From a virus: a stretch of DNA of 64,000 bases. The stretch lies in the IMG/VR virus record IMGVR_UViG_3300045988_162372; one strand, 5' to 3'. How positions within the stretch are numbered: the first letter of the stretch is position 1; every line of letters starts with the position of its first letter. The translations under genes and the position numbers were made by a program. Under the pieces are notes generated by a model, which was not told the origin of the DNA, did no database searches, and saw only the letters and a program-made list of their open reading frames with translations. Shown one piece after another: positions 24,799 to 33,797 of the stretch.

Positions 24799-25296
24799 AT
24801 GAAAACAGTTGACACTTTAAAAGTATATCTTCGCCATCCGAAATGTATTGTGCAAGATATGAGATTTTATACCAAGAAATACAAGGAGAAATATGAATTC
24901 TGGCTTAGAAAGAAATTGTTGAAACGAATTTTAGAAAGTGATATTTGTTCTTATACCTACGAAATGAGGCATCAGTACAGACCTTTCAATAGGGCAATGC
25001 TCTTTCCTTGTTCTGTTGTGTCAATGGTATTAGCGGAATATTTCCAAAGGGTTGATTTGTTAGGCATACATGGTATAAGTGTTGATACGCAATCAGATGA
25101 AGCCGTAACTGCGATAATAGCACTTGCTCGTCCAGGGCTTCTTATAGGAAAGGGTGGTAAGGATATAGATGCAGTTAGGGAAAGATTGTCTGTACTATTC
25201 GGTAAGGAGACTAATATTGATATTAAAGAAATAAATGATGTGAATGAAGAAAAGATACTTAAATATCCTTCTGATTTCTATCTTATTGAATATTGA
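24799..25296 (+). CDS. KH-domain RNA-binding protein resembling the N-terminal KH domain of ribosomal protein uS3
   Basis: VTAIIALARPGLLIGKGGKDIDAVRERLSVLFGKETNIDIKEINDV vs remembered E. coli S3 [47 protein letters not shown]; GxxG = GKGG. Confidence 0.6.
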   Translation: MKTVDTLKVYLRHPKCIVQDMRFYTKKYKEKYEFWLRKKLLKRILESDICSYTYEMRHQYRPFNRAMLFPCSVVSMVLAEYFQRVDLLGIHGISVDTQSDEAVTAIIALARPGLLIGKGGKDIDAVRERLSVLFGKETNIDIKEINDVNEEKILKYPSDFYLIEY

Positions 25297-25319
25297 AAAT
25301 AACATAAAAATATAAAGAC

Positions 25320-25727
25320 ATGAAACTGGGAAGAAATTTAAAACAGCCAAAGGTAGGGGAGCATTATTTCATTGCTTCCAATGATTACCAGAAAACAAAG
25401 ATTAAAAAGGAAGTGATTGTTACTTCCGTAGGGAGGAAGTATTTTACCGTAAAGTTGGTTGATGGTATTGATGAATTGAAGTTTAGCAAAGCTGATTTCA
25501 GTCATAACAACGGTGAATATTCCTCTGCCTATGTCCTTTATAATGATGTTGATGATTATGAGAAGAAAACCGTTGTTAAATCATTCACAAGAGAGATACA
25601 GCAGAATATAAGACTTTTAGACTACCTTTCAGACGATGAATTGATTTCTTTGTACAAGACACTTATGGAAAGAAAGGATTTATATAGCAAGAATAAGGAC
25701 ACTGAATTTGTCGAACTTAAATTTTAA
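25320..25727 (+). CDS. hypothetical protein (135 aa)
   Basis: ORF track. Confidence 0.65.
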   Translation: MKLGRNLKQPKVGEHYFIASNDYQKTKIKKEVIVTSVGRKYFTVKLVDGIDELKFSKADFSHNNGEYSSAYVLYNDVDDYEKKTVVKSFTREIQQNIRLLDYLSDDELISLYKTLMERKDLYSKNKDTEFVELKF

Positions 25728-25732
25728 CTAAT

Positions 25733-25888
25733 ATGAGTATTATAGTATTATGTGTTTGTGCTGCGTGTGCGGATTTGTGTGCGATGGTATGGAAGATTAG
25801 GAAAAGGGATTATGATATGGCTATCTTAATGTTTTGCTTGTTTATTATAATGATTTATTGTACCATTCTAAATATAAGTCGATTATGA
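25733..25888 (+). CDS. 51-aa Cys-rich hydrophobic protein, not in ORF track
   Basis: Hand translation MSIIVLCVCAACADLCAMVWKIRKRDYDMAILMFCLFIIMIYC...; ATGA overlap with next ORF. Confidence 0.35.
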   Translation: MSIIVLCVCAACADLCAMVWKIRKRDYDMAILMFCLFIIMIYCTILNISRL

Positions 25889-26067
25889 TTAAGGATAGGA
25901 TTGGTATATTATACGACTGGCTGCGAGAAGAGTTCTACAAAAGCAATTTGAACAAATACCGTCATTACTTTGAAGTATGGGTTGAAAATCTGACACAGCC
26001 GCAAATTGACGGATTTGCTAAACAGATGTACAACAAGAAGAATAATGTGTTAGGAGAAATAGATTAA
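25885..26067 (+). CDS. hypothetical protein (60 aa)
   Basis: ORF 25834 (non-ATG) trimmed to ATG 25885. Confidence 0.5.
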   Translation: MIKDRIGILYDWLREEFYKSNLNKYRHYFEVWVENLTQPQIDGFAKQMYNKKNNVLGEID

Positions 26068-26080
26068 ATATATCATACAA

Positions 26081-26088
26081 TATTTTTG
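26081..26088 (+). promoter_or_regulatory. -7 promoter box TAnnTTTG only 5 nt before ATG 26093
   Basis: TAttTTTG(CA)TT-ATG; the spacing implies a leaderless or near-leaderless mRNA if the box is used. Confidence 0.4.
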
Positions 26089-26092
26089 CATT

Positions 26093-26941
26093 ATGTTAAA
26101 AGAGTTTTTAGAACATAACAATCCATGTGATATCTGTTTGAATGAAAAATGTAGGGGAAAACATACTTGTAATTGTTCTACTTGTAAGATACTTGCTGAT
26201 TGTCCCAAATTTTTACGTGCTGTGATAAGAATAACGAATAAATGTACCCAGACTTGTTCGCATTGTTGTTTTAAGAGTTCACCAAAAAGCAATATCATGA
26301 TGAATATCGAAATGGCAAAAAATGTGGCGGCATTTATTAAATCTAATAAGGTATGTGATTTGAATGTGATGGGTGGTGAATTTTTCTGTAACCCAGATTG
26401 GTATGAAATACTTTCCATTCTTATAGACAGCACTCATTCCATGCGCCTTGTAACAAACGGTGATTGGGCGGCCAATAAAGTTATTGCAGACAAAGTTATA
26501 GAATTTATAAATTTAAACAAAAATAAAGTTAGAATAGCCATATCAAAAGACAAGTGGCATACAAACAAGAATATTGAAAATGCAGAAGAATATATTAAAC
26601 AGACTGGCGCATTATATCATGTCGCCTTACCGTCAGAGACAACTGATAGTTCCATTGTTCCTATTGGAAGAAGTGAACTTGAATATACACCTTTTTATTC
26701 TTTTGCTGGTTGTTATTGCCATAATCCCTATGAACAATATACGATTCTTATTGATGAGAATGGGGATATCTATAAATGTGGGTTTGGCGCATGGAAATAT
26801 GCAAATATCAAGGGCTACATAAATGGGGGTTTCAACAAAAAGTTTAAAGAATTTAACAAAAAATTTTATGACATCTTTATTCCATCTTGCAAGTCTTGTC
26901 TGTATGCTTGTAATAAAGAACGTCGAGTTAAAACGGATTAA
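26093..26941 (+). CDS. radical SAM protein with Cys-rich N-terminal extension
   Basis: CX3CX2C in ITNKCTQTCSHCCF; upstream CDIC..C..C.C..C...C cluster; GGE-like MGGEFF. Confidence 0.7.
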   Translation: MLKEFLEHNNPCDICLNEKCRGKHTCNCSTCKILADCPKFLRAVIRITNKCTQTCSHCCFKSSPKSNIMMNIEMAKNVAAFIKSNKVCDLNVMGGEFFCNPDWYEILSILIDSTHSMRLVTNGDWAANKVIADKVIEFINLNKNKVRIAISKDKWHTNKNIENAEEYIKQTGALYHVALPSETTDSSIVPIGRSELEYTPFYSFAGCYCHNPYEQYTILIDENGDIYKCGFGAWKYANIKGYINGGFNKKFKEFNKKFYDIFIPSCKSCLYACNKERRVKTD

Positions 26942-27008
26942 CAGCATTACTTTTTTAATATAATGAAATACTTATATAAAAGTATAATTAATTAAATATT
27001 AATATAAT

Positions 27009-27272
27009 ATGAAAGATAAAATTGTGAAATTTTTTACAAATAAATGGGTACATGGTGCTATTTCATTTATTTTAACTCTTTTAATCATATTACAAGAAGT
27101 ATTGCTATCAAATCCTATTTGTGTGTGGTATGGGCTTATATTCTCTGCTGTATTTGGAGTTTTTGCAGAAGCAATACGCATGATTGCACAAGGACAGAAA
27201 TATAATATTTTAAATGTACTTCCCTGGTTAATCGGTGGTGCGTTAGCTTGTTTAATCATGATGTTTGTATAA
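27009..27272 (+). CDS. membrane protein (87 aa)
   Basis: ORF track; 3 hydrophobic helices. Confidence 0.65.
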   Translation: MKDKIVKFFTNKWVHGAISFILTLLIILQEVLLSNPICVWYGLIFSAVFGVFAEAIRMIAQGQKYNILNVLPWLIGGALACLIMMFV

Positions 27273-27355
27273 ACATACGAGATGTTTTTGTTTTCAATAT
27301 TGTTATCTATGAATAAAATGATAACAATATTTTTATTTATTTCAAATATTCTTGT

Positions 27356-27363
27356 TATCTTTG
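27356..27363 (+). promoter_or_regulatory. -7 promoter box TAnnTTTG
   Basis: TAtcTTTG upstream of ATG 27402. Confidence 0.6.
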
Positions 27364-27401
27364 TGTTTATAAAATTGTTAAATCAAAAATAAAAAAGAAC
27401 A

Positions 27402-28031
27402 ATGAAAGAAAAGAATAGAACGGAAATAGGTGAGATATTCAAGTTTGGTGGAATATGGTGGCAAAAAGTAAGACATGACGATTATCCTTCAGATGAGGAC
27501 GAATGTGTGGCATTAAGAAGTACAATGGCACGTAATTATGGTCTTGTAAAACTTAAAAAAGTAGGACAACCTATATGTAAGCATGGAATAATGCTCCAAT
27601 CTTATAAAATATATACTTATCCTTTTTATTTACCAGATAAACCATATATGTTTTATAATGGAGTAACAGGACTATTGGAAATTGAAATAGAGGACGAAAA
27701 TATGAAAAAAGAAAATATAGTGAATGATATAAAACTTTATTCAGCGGACATACCGAAACCATCTGACTTCTTGTTGTCTTATGAGAAGTTCAGAAGAATG
27801 TGTCTTGAAGAACTTTCTAAGAAACTGGATGACATTGAGAAGAAAGGCTATGTGGAAATAATCATCCCAATCAATAAAATGCTTATAAGAAATGAACATC
27901 TTACCAAGTTGAAGAATGAGTTTATGAGGGCAGGATGGGAACAAAAGAATATCAATGTACATTACAGCAAAGTAGTTAATAAGGAAGGTGTTTATATTTC
28001 ACTGTCTCTATCCAAAACGGATATAGAATAA
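27402..28031 (+). CDS. hypothetical protein (209 aa)
   Basis: ORF track. Confidence 0.7.
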   Translation: MKEKNRTEIGEIFKFGGIWWQKVRHDDYPSDEDECVALRSTMARNYGLVKLKKVGQPICKHGIMLQSYKIYTYPFYLPDKPYMFYNGVTGLLEIEIEDENMKKENIVNDIKLYSADIPKPSDFLLSYEKFRRMCLEELSKKLDDIEKKGYVEIIIPINKMLIRNEHLTKLKNEFMRAGWEQKNINVHYSKVVNKEGVYISLSLSKTDIE

Positions 28032-28083
28032 TCTATTTAGCTTTCTTTAACACATAATATTTGGATTTTTTCTACTTTCTATA

Positions 28084-28091
28084 TATTTTTG
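28084..28091 (+). promoter_or_regulatory. -7 promoter box TAnnTTTG
   Basis: TAttTTTG(CA). Confidence 0.55.
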
Positions 28092-28125
28092 CACTATCAA
28101 AATAACAATAAAAGAGACTGAAAAT

Positions 28126-28224
28126 ATGAAAGTAAGAAAAATGATAGAAGCATTGAACAAGGTTGTTGATAAGGAACGTGAGGTTGAAATAGCTGAACTG
28201 CGTGACAGGAATAACATTGTATAA
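28126..28224 (+). CDS. 32-aa charged peptide, not in ORF track
   Basis: MKVRKMIEALNKVVDKEREVEIAELRDRNNIV after promoter 28084. Confidence 0.3.
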   Translation: MKVRKMIEALNKVVDKEREVEIAELRDRNNIV

Positions 28225-28311
28225 ATTGTATTTGATAATGGAAATGTTCAATACTAAAAGACATATTATCAGAACTAACGAACAACTTAACGAATTAAAA
28301 AATTAACGATT

Positions 28312-28632
28312 ATGATGAAAGTATACACCCCAGAAGATGTGATGAACAAGTGCAATGAGATGATTCCCGATTTTGTTATTGCTGCTTTCAACGATTTATT
28401 GTCAGAAAATTATGTGGACGGAGAGACTGTTATCAAGCAGAATGATGCTATTAGTAGGATTTTGCAGTACAGCGATAATGATGAATTGACAAGAGAAACC
28501 ATATTCAAGAAACGGTGGTTGGATATTGAAAGCCTATATAGGAAAAACGGATGGGAAGTCAGTTACGAGAAACCTGCATTTGATGAACGGTTTGACCCAT
28601 ATTTTGTATTCAAGCCCAAGAAAAAGAATTAA
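28312..28632 (+). CDS. hypothetical protein (106 aa)
   Basis: ORF track. Confidence 0.65.
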   Translation: MMKVYTPEDVMNKCNEMIPDFVIAAFNDLLSENYVDGETVIKQNDAISRILQYSDNDELTRETIFKKRWLDIESLYRKNGWEVSYEKPAFDERFDPYFVFKPKKKN

Positions 28633-28675
28633 CATTAATTATCACTGAAAATTTGTATAATCCAAGGAAAATCAT

Positions 28676-28683
28676 TATCTTTG
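28676..28683 (+). promoter_or_regulatory. -7 promoter box TAnnTTTG
   Basis: TAtcTTTG(CA) upstream of ATG 28708. Confidence 0.65.
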
Positions 28684-28707
28684 CAACAATAAACATTGAA
28701 AGAAAAT

Positions 28708-29553
28708 ATGATTACAAAAGTACAAATTACAGATAACTCCAAACTGCCTTTGAAGTATGCAAAGGAACTGGACGCTTTCAAGAATGGTAAAGAGTATAAT
28801 TTCAAAGGTGGTGTCAATGTTATCATCGGCAAAAACGGTAGTGGTAAGACTACACTTATGAAAATGATTGCCATGTATATGTTATGCAATGATAGCCTTT
28901 GTTCAAGACTTCCTAATTTTGCCAATTATGGAGCATTGAAATTAAATGATATATTTAACGAAGAGGAATTGTTGGATGGCATTAAAATAATGGCAGATTA
29001 TGCAGGAGTTGTATATAATTGCCTTGCGCATAATGAAATGAAAGATGAGGATATTTTGGATAATGTTACCAATATGAACTATTATCTAAGCAATAAGGGT
29101 GCGTCTACTGGTGAAACAATCGTCAATAGTGTGGGGCAATTATTCAAGTTTGCATTTAGGAATACGAATATTGAGTTTCCTTTGAAAGAGATTATGGATA
29201 TAGTAAAAAACAAAACGTGCAACGATTTTTGGGAAGAGCGGCTGATAAACTTGTTGAAGTATTATAGGGATAATAGAGATAATTTCATTACACAGCAGGA
29301 TTTTGAATATACGTTCCTTTTGGATGAACCAGACAGGAATTTGGACATTACCAATATTGATAGTGTATATGAAATACTTTCCCATAGAAAAGAAATGACA
29401 CAACTAATTACAGTTATTCATAATCCAGTATTGATTTATAAATTATCAAAGGTCAAGGGAAAGAATAAGGTGAATTTCATCGAACTTACTGATGGGTATT
29501 TGAATGACATTAGAAATGTATTTGAAAATTTATATTCTAAGGTTAGGGGATGA
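28708..29553 (+). CDS. ABC/SMC-like P-loop ATPase (AAA_15/21-like)
   Basis: Walker A GKNGSGKTT; Walker B/D-loop FLLDEPDRNLD; ORF 28696 (TTG) trimmed to ATG. Confidence 0.7.
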   Translation: MITKVQITDNSKLPLKYAKELDAFKNGKEYNFKGGVNVIIGKNGSGKTTLMKMIAMYMLCNDSLCSRLPNFANYGALKLNDIFNEEELLDGIKIMADYAGVVYNCLAHNEMKDEDILDNVTNMNYYLSNKGASTGETIVNSVGQLFKFAFRNTNIEFPLKEIMDIVKNKTCNDFWEERLINLLKYYRDNRDNFITQQDFEYTFLLDEPDRNLDITNIDSVYEILSHRKEMTQLITVIHNPVLIYKLSKVKGKNKVNFIELTDGYLNDIRNVFENLYSKVRG

Positions 29554-30353
29554 AGATAGAGAACGATAAATACTATACACCTATTGCAGTTGCCAACAAA
29601 TGTTGGGATAAGGTAATAGAACTGATTGGAAAAGATAACATTGCAGATGTTATTGAACCCAGCTGTGGAAACGGCGCATTTTATCATTACCCATCAATGA
29701 AACCTAATATGGGTATTGATATTGCGCCAGAGATAGATAATAGAGAGGAAAGTATTATTACTGGCGATTATCTTGAGATGCCTATTGAATACAAGAAAGG
29801 TAGATTGGTAATTGGGAATCCTCCGTATGGCAGTAGGATGTTGCTTGCACAAAGGTTTTTCAAGAAGTCAGTAATGATTGCCGATTATATTGCCTTCATT
29901 CTGCCTATCAGCCAATATAATAATACATCTTCGCTTTTTGAATTTGATTTGATATATAGTGAGGATTTAGGGTTGCAGACATACACTGACAGGAAACTAC
30001 ATTGTTGTTTCAATGTTTACGCAAGACCAAAGGACGGAAAATTGAACAGCAGGAAAAAGGAAACATTGCCTTTTTTACATATATTTAGGCAAGACTGCAA
30101 GGGTTATGAAAACAAGCAGTTTGATATAAGGATATGTTACTGGGGAGACGGTACAACTGGAAAAATATTATCAGATGGTGAACATTATGCAGGAGAATAT
30201 AAACTATTGATAAATGATGATTATTCAAGAAAATCTGAATTGATTGATTTTATCCTGCATTTTGATTGGAAAGGTTATCTGAATTGCATTGCAATGAAGA
30301 GGTTGAAACAATATCATATTATTAACGTGATAAAAGAAAAGTTTATGTTATGA
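29550..30353 (+). CDS. N6-adenine DNA methyltransferase, gamma class
   Basis: Motif I VIEPSCGNGAF before motif IV VIGNPPYG; ATGA overlap with the ATPase gene. Confidence 0.8.
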   Translation: MKIENDKYYTPIAVANKCWDKVIELIGKDNIADVIEPSCGNGAFYHYPSMKPNMGIDIAPEIDNREESIITGDYLEMPIEYKKGRLVIGNPPYGSRMLLAQRFFKKSVMIADYIAFILPISQYNNTSSLFEFDLIYSEDLGLQTYTDRKLHCCFNVYARPKDGKLNSRKKETLPFLHIFRQDCKGYENKQFDIRICYWGDGTTGKILSDGEHYAGEYKLLINDDYSRKSELIDFILHFDWKGYLNCIAMKRLKQYHIINVIKEKFML

Positions 30354-30502
30354 GCAAGGTAGTGGAAGAAGAACGGGAGGTTAAATGCCCTTATTGCAAA
30401 TATAAAATACGTTATACAAGTGAGGATGTAAGGAGTATATGGTTATTGAAATATCCTTACATTATTTGTCCTGTGTGTGGGGAGAGAATTTTTATTGAAT
30501 AA
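30350..30502 (+). CDS. 50-aa zinc-ribbon protein, not in ORF track
   Basis: MSKVVEEEREVKCPYCKYKIRY...IICPVCGERIFIE: CxxC...CxxC; ATGA overlap with the MTase stop. Confidence 0.55.
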   Translation: MSKVVEEEREVKCPYCKYKIRYTSEDVRSIWLLKYPYIICPVCGERIFIE

Positions 30503-30531
30503 GATGATATACAAGTGATAGAAGTTATATT

Positions 30532-30972
30532 ATGTGCTTAAATGTTTATGGAAAAAATCTATTACGATTAAAAGCTCAAAATGATATAAGATGTTATAAG
30601 ATAATGGGCATAAGTAAAGATGGGACATTAATAACACCTTATATTAATTTTCCTATGAAGAAAGGTAAATTATATGAGGATAAAGAAGATGAGAATATTA
30701 AATATGGTTGTGTTATAAATAAGAACTCATATTTTAATAATTTTGCAATAAATTATGGATATATGATATACGAAGGCTTCTTTCATACATTCGTAAGAAA
30801 TGCAGATGCAAATATAAATTGTGATAAACTTAACAGAATTCGACTGAATAAAGATGTTATATATCATGTATATCCTTGTATCATACCTTCTGGTAGTGAA
30901 TATATCAACGGCAATTACTTTAATAATGAGTCTGTCTTTGCTTCAAAGAAACTGATGATATTGGATGATTAA
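30532..30972 (+). CDS. hypothetical protein (146 aa); N-terminus paralogous to 34322-35362
   Basis: Both start MCL... followed by (Y/F)KI(M/L) and TPY. Confidence 0.65.
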   Translation: MCLNVYGKNLLRLKAQNDIRCYKIMGISKDGTLITPYINFPMKKGKLYEDKEDENIKYGCVINKNSYFNNFAINYGYMIYEGFFHTFVRNADANINCDKLNRIRLNKDVIYHVYPCIIPSGSEYINGNYFNNESVFASKKLMILDD

Positions 30973-31015
30973 TATATTTTCACATAAAATATTTGGTTAT
31001 TCATATAGATTTCTG

Positions 31016-31023
31016 TATCTTTG
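31016..31023 (+). promoter_or_regulatory. -7 promoter box TAnnTTTG
   Basis: TAtcTTTG(CA) upstream of ATG 31053. Confidence 0.65.
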
Positions 31024-31052
31024 CAAAGCAAAATAATTAAAACAATTAAGTT

Positions 31053-31397
31053 ATGGAAACAATCTACAATAAAATATTACGAATTGTAGGAGATACTTCA
31101 TGGTCTGCAAGTGTAGAAGATAAAAGTTATGTCGAATTTTCAACCTATACAACCTTTGGCAATGATTTTAGTTTTGATATAAGAGTAGGTAGAGATGATG
31201 ATTTGTCTGATATTATAGATAGAATAAAAGAATATATCGACGGTTTTGATGTGGATTATGAAGCATATCTCTGGATTGGTGATGATGGTCACGGAAAGAA
31301 TGGTGCGCCGTATCATATCAAAGATATTGTATCAGACATGGAAGATGCACGAGATTCGATGAAAAAACTTGTGCAAGTCTTTGAAAAGAGTGTATAA
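31053..31397 (+). CDS. hypothetical protein (114 aa)
   Basis: ORF track. Confidence 0.7.
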   Translation: METIYNKILRIVGDTSWSASVEDKSYVEFSTYTTFGNDFSFDIRVGRDDDLSDIIDRIKEYIDGFDVDYEAYLWIGDDGHGKNGAPYHIKDIVSDMEDARDSMKKLVQVFEKSV

Positions 31398-31418
31398 TTG
31401 TTAAAATATAATGTAACT

Positions 31419-31994
31419 ATGGGATTGGATATTTCTGTTTGCAAATTAAAGAAAAAGGGAAATGAAATCAATGAAAATGATAACTTTTTCAGGATGGTGG
31501 ATGATAATTATGATTTTTCCAACCGAAATTTTCCTCAATGGGCTAAAAAGTTTTTCACTCCTTACAAACAAGAGATGTATGATTGGGAGAAGTATAAAGA
31601 ACAAACTGGCATTGATGTACCTGCAATGGCATGGTGCAGTACGGAATACGGCGAAAAGTGTATAATGACACTTGAGTCAAATGATGAAGAAAAGAAACAA
31701 ATAAAGATTGATTTGGACGAAGTTCCCACCTATTTCAAAGACATACAGATAGTTCCCTATGAAGAGGTTGGCTACCAGAGAAAAGGTTTGAATAGTAAAT
31801 TCTATGATGATTACAATAATGGTAAAATTGGTTACTTCGTATGGTCTAAAAAAGAACTGGAAAGGTATAAAGAAGAATATTGTGATGAGAAAAGTCCTTA
31901 TGGTGATGACTACGAGAGTCCTAAAACGGACTTTCAACGTAACATTATTGACAAGTTCACCGAAGGCGAAGATTGTGTAATTTTTGACTGGTAG
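31419..31994 (+). CDS. hypothetical protein (191 aa)
   Basis: ORF 31398 (TTG) trimmed to ATG 31419 (MGLDISV...). Confidence 0.65.
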   Translation: MGLDISVCKLKKKGNEINENDNFFRMVDDNYDFSNRNFPQWAKKFFTPYKQEMYDWEKYKEQTGIDVPAMAWCSTEYGEKCIMTLESNDEEKKQIKIDLDEVPTYFKDIQIVPYEEVGYQRKGLNSKFYDDYNNGKIGYFVWSKKELERYKEEYCDEKSPYGDDYESPKTDFQRNIIDKFTEGEDCVIFDW

Positions 31995-32016
31995 AAAAAT
32001 AAACCTTTAAAACCTT

Positions 32017-32244
32017 ATGATTATGTGGGAAATTTACGTTGCTGTATTGATAATCCTTATTTTATGTATGTTGTATGTCTACCATAACTATATGTGGTGC
32101 AAAACTTGCCATAGATTTGTAAGAATACAAACGCTTTGTTATACTGAAGGCGAGAAGGATATAATGAGAGTTTATGCAAAATGTCCTAAATGCGGCAAGA
32201 TGTTAAAAGACGAAATATATACCTCAATAGAAGGTGAGGAATAG
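32017..32244 (+). CDS. membrane-anchored zinc-ribbon protein (75 aa)
   Basis: N-terminal TM helix; CKTC...CPKC. Confidence 0.6.
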   Translation: MIMWEIYVAVLIILILCMLYVYHNYMWCKTCHRFVRIQTLCYTEGEKDIMRVYAKCPKCGKMLKDEIYTSIEGEE

Positions 32245-32294
32245 AATATTAACATCATTTAACAAAATTAACTTGCATATTTTATTGAAAGTTC

Positions 32295-32302
32295 ATACCT
32301 TT
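32295..32302 (+). promoter_or_regulatory. -7 promoter box TAnnTTTG
   Basis: TAccTTTG upstream of ATG 32332. Confidence 0.6.
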
Positions 32303-32331
32303 GTGGTGTAATAATTAAAGCATCTAAGATT

Positions 32332-32514
32332 ATGGATAAAAAGAATGTTATTATTTGTGATGGAATAGAACATGGAGATTATGTCGTATGTTCTAATTGT
32401 GGCACAGTGATGCTTGTTCCTTGTGGAGAAGATATTTGCCCAATGTGCCACAAGGACGGATGTCTTATGTGGGCTGATGACGAACAGGAACATAGTGCCA
32501 GTGATTTTGTATAA
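32332..32514 (+). CDS. zinc-ribbon protein (60 aa)
   Basis: CSNC...CPMC plus further Cys/His. Confidence 0.6.
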   Translation: MDKKNVIICDGIEHGDYVVCSNCGTVMLVPCGEDICPMCHKDGCLMWADDEQEHSASDFV

Positions 32515-32533
32515 TGAAAAAAGATATAAAGAT

Positions 32534-32920
32534 ATGAAAACAGCAAAAACTTTCAATGATTTATCTAGTGATGTTACCATTGCCTATTATAGGATTAGCA
32601 CTGCCGTAATAGGATATGCAAGGTTTGTAAGGAATTGTCAGAATGAAGCAAGGTTACTTAGTAAAAGTGGAGAGATATTGGTTAATTTTGGCAAGGATAA
32701 TTTATTATATACACCTTTTTTTAAATGCGAGACGTTTTTAGGGGAATGTATGTTCGCTGCTGATACTTCATTACTTATGAAAAATATTGCGCAATATCTA
32801 AATAAAAATAACGAAATACAAAAACAAGAATGTATCGTCAAAGATATGGAAGAAATATTCGTTAATGAAAAAGAAAAATTGAGGAGGATGAAGCATATAT
32901 TGAAAGAAACAAAAGGTTAA
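32534..32920 (+). CDS. hypothetical protein (128 aa)
   Basis: ORF 32414 trimmed to first ATG after the upstream stop. Confidence 0.55.
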   Translation: MKTAKTFNDLSSDVTIAYYRISTAVIGYARFVRNCQNEARLLSKSGEILVNFGKDNLLYTPFFKCETFLGECMFAADTSLLMKNIAQYLNKNNEIQKQECIVKDMEEIFVNEKEKLRRMKHILKETKG

Positions 32921-32971
32921 TTTGTTAACTTTATTTAACTCAATACATTTGGTAATTTAAAATATTCTTGT

Positions 32972-32979
32972 TATCTTTG
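32972..32979 (+). promoter_or_regulatory. -7 promoter box TAnnTTTG
   Basis: TAtcTTTG(CA); SD GGGAGGT; ATG 33034. Confidence 0.65.
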
Positions 32980-33033
32980 CAATGTCAAAAGAAAAAGGTA
33001 ACAAGAATATTAATTTAATGGGAGGTATTAATT

Positions 33034-33276
33034 ATGAGAAGTATTAATAGGATTGGTAGAAAAGATACTATTAAGGCTTATTCTTATGATAAGAATAGAA
33101 AACTTATTACAAGTTTGTACGATAGTGGTTTTCATTCTATTGAAGAAATTGTAAATAGACTTAATGAAAAAGGTTCTGGATGGCTTAAAGCAATCTATGA
33201 GGTTAATATCATTAATGAGGATAAAAATATTTCTTACTGGTATGTTATTAAAGGCAACAAGATTATCAAACAATAG
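33034..33276 (+). CDS. hypothetical protein (80 aa)
   Basis: ORF track; SD. Confidence 0.7.
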   Translation: MRSINRIGRKDTIKAYSYDKNRKLITSLYDSGFHSIEEIVNRLNEKGSGWLKAIYEVNIINEDKNISYWYVIKGNKIIKQ

Positions 33277-33291
33277 AGAGGAGGGTAAAAT

Positions 33292-33783
33292 ATGGACTAT
33301 AAAGAGGAAGTTTTCCCATTAAATAATTTCGCTTTGTTTAGCAAAGGATGGTATTCACCAGTAAATGACGATGAGGATTTATTAACAACGGTAAAACACG
33401 TATTGGCATTGGATGGATATGACTTTATTTCTAATTACAATGACGTTCTTTGTATATTATTGAGCGAGATTGATAGGTACAACAAATATCTGGATAGTGT
33501 TAATGCAAATACTCTTAACTTGTTTAAATTCTGTAAGGAAATTAGTGAAGAAAAGAACTTGTGGCATAAGGATATAAGTAATGAAGAAGCTATTGTGAGA
33601 GTGATTGCAAAATTCTTGCGATATATGGATAGTAAATATATAAAGTTACAATGTCCTTTTTATAGCCGAAAACTTACCAAGAAGTATGGATTAACATTAC
33701 AACCTTTCTTCTATAAAAAGAGTAAGCAGGGAACAACATATAAGGAAATGAACAGAGTTGCAAACAAATATTTTAATCAATAG
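33292..33783 (+). CDS. hypothetical protein (163 aa)
   Basis: ORF track; SD GAGGAGGG. Confidence 0.7.
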   Translation: MDYKEEVFPLNNFALFSKGWYSPVNDDEDLLTTVKHVLALDGYDFISNYNDVLCILLSEIDRYNKYLDSVNANTLNLFKFCKEISEEKNLWHKDISNEEAIVRVIAKFLRYMDSKYIKLQCPFYSRKLTKKYGLTLQPFFYKKSKQGTTYKEMNRVANKYFNQ

Positions 33784-33797
33784 AAACATATCATATT

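Noticed and set aside
26574-26822. ORF 26574-26822 (+), an alternate frame inside the radical SAM gene (similar cases: 9049-9249, 22495-22692, 31462-31665, 40211-40417, 48046-48252)
   Set aside because: Internal out-of-frame ORFs within longer, motif-supported or better-placed genes, with no independent signals.
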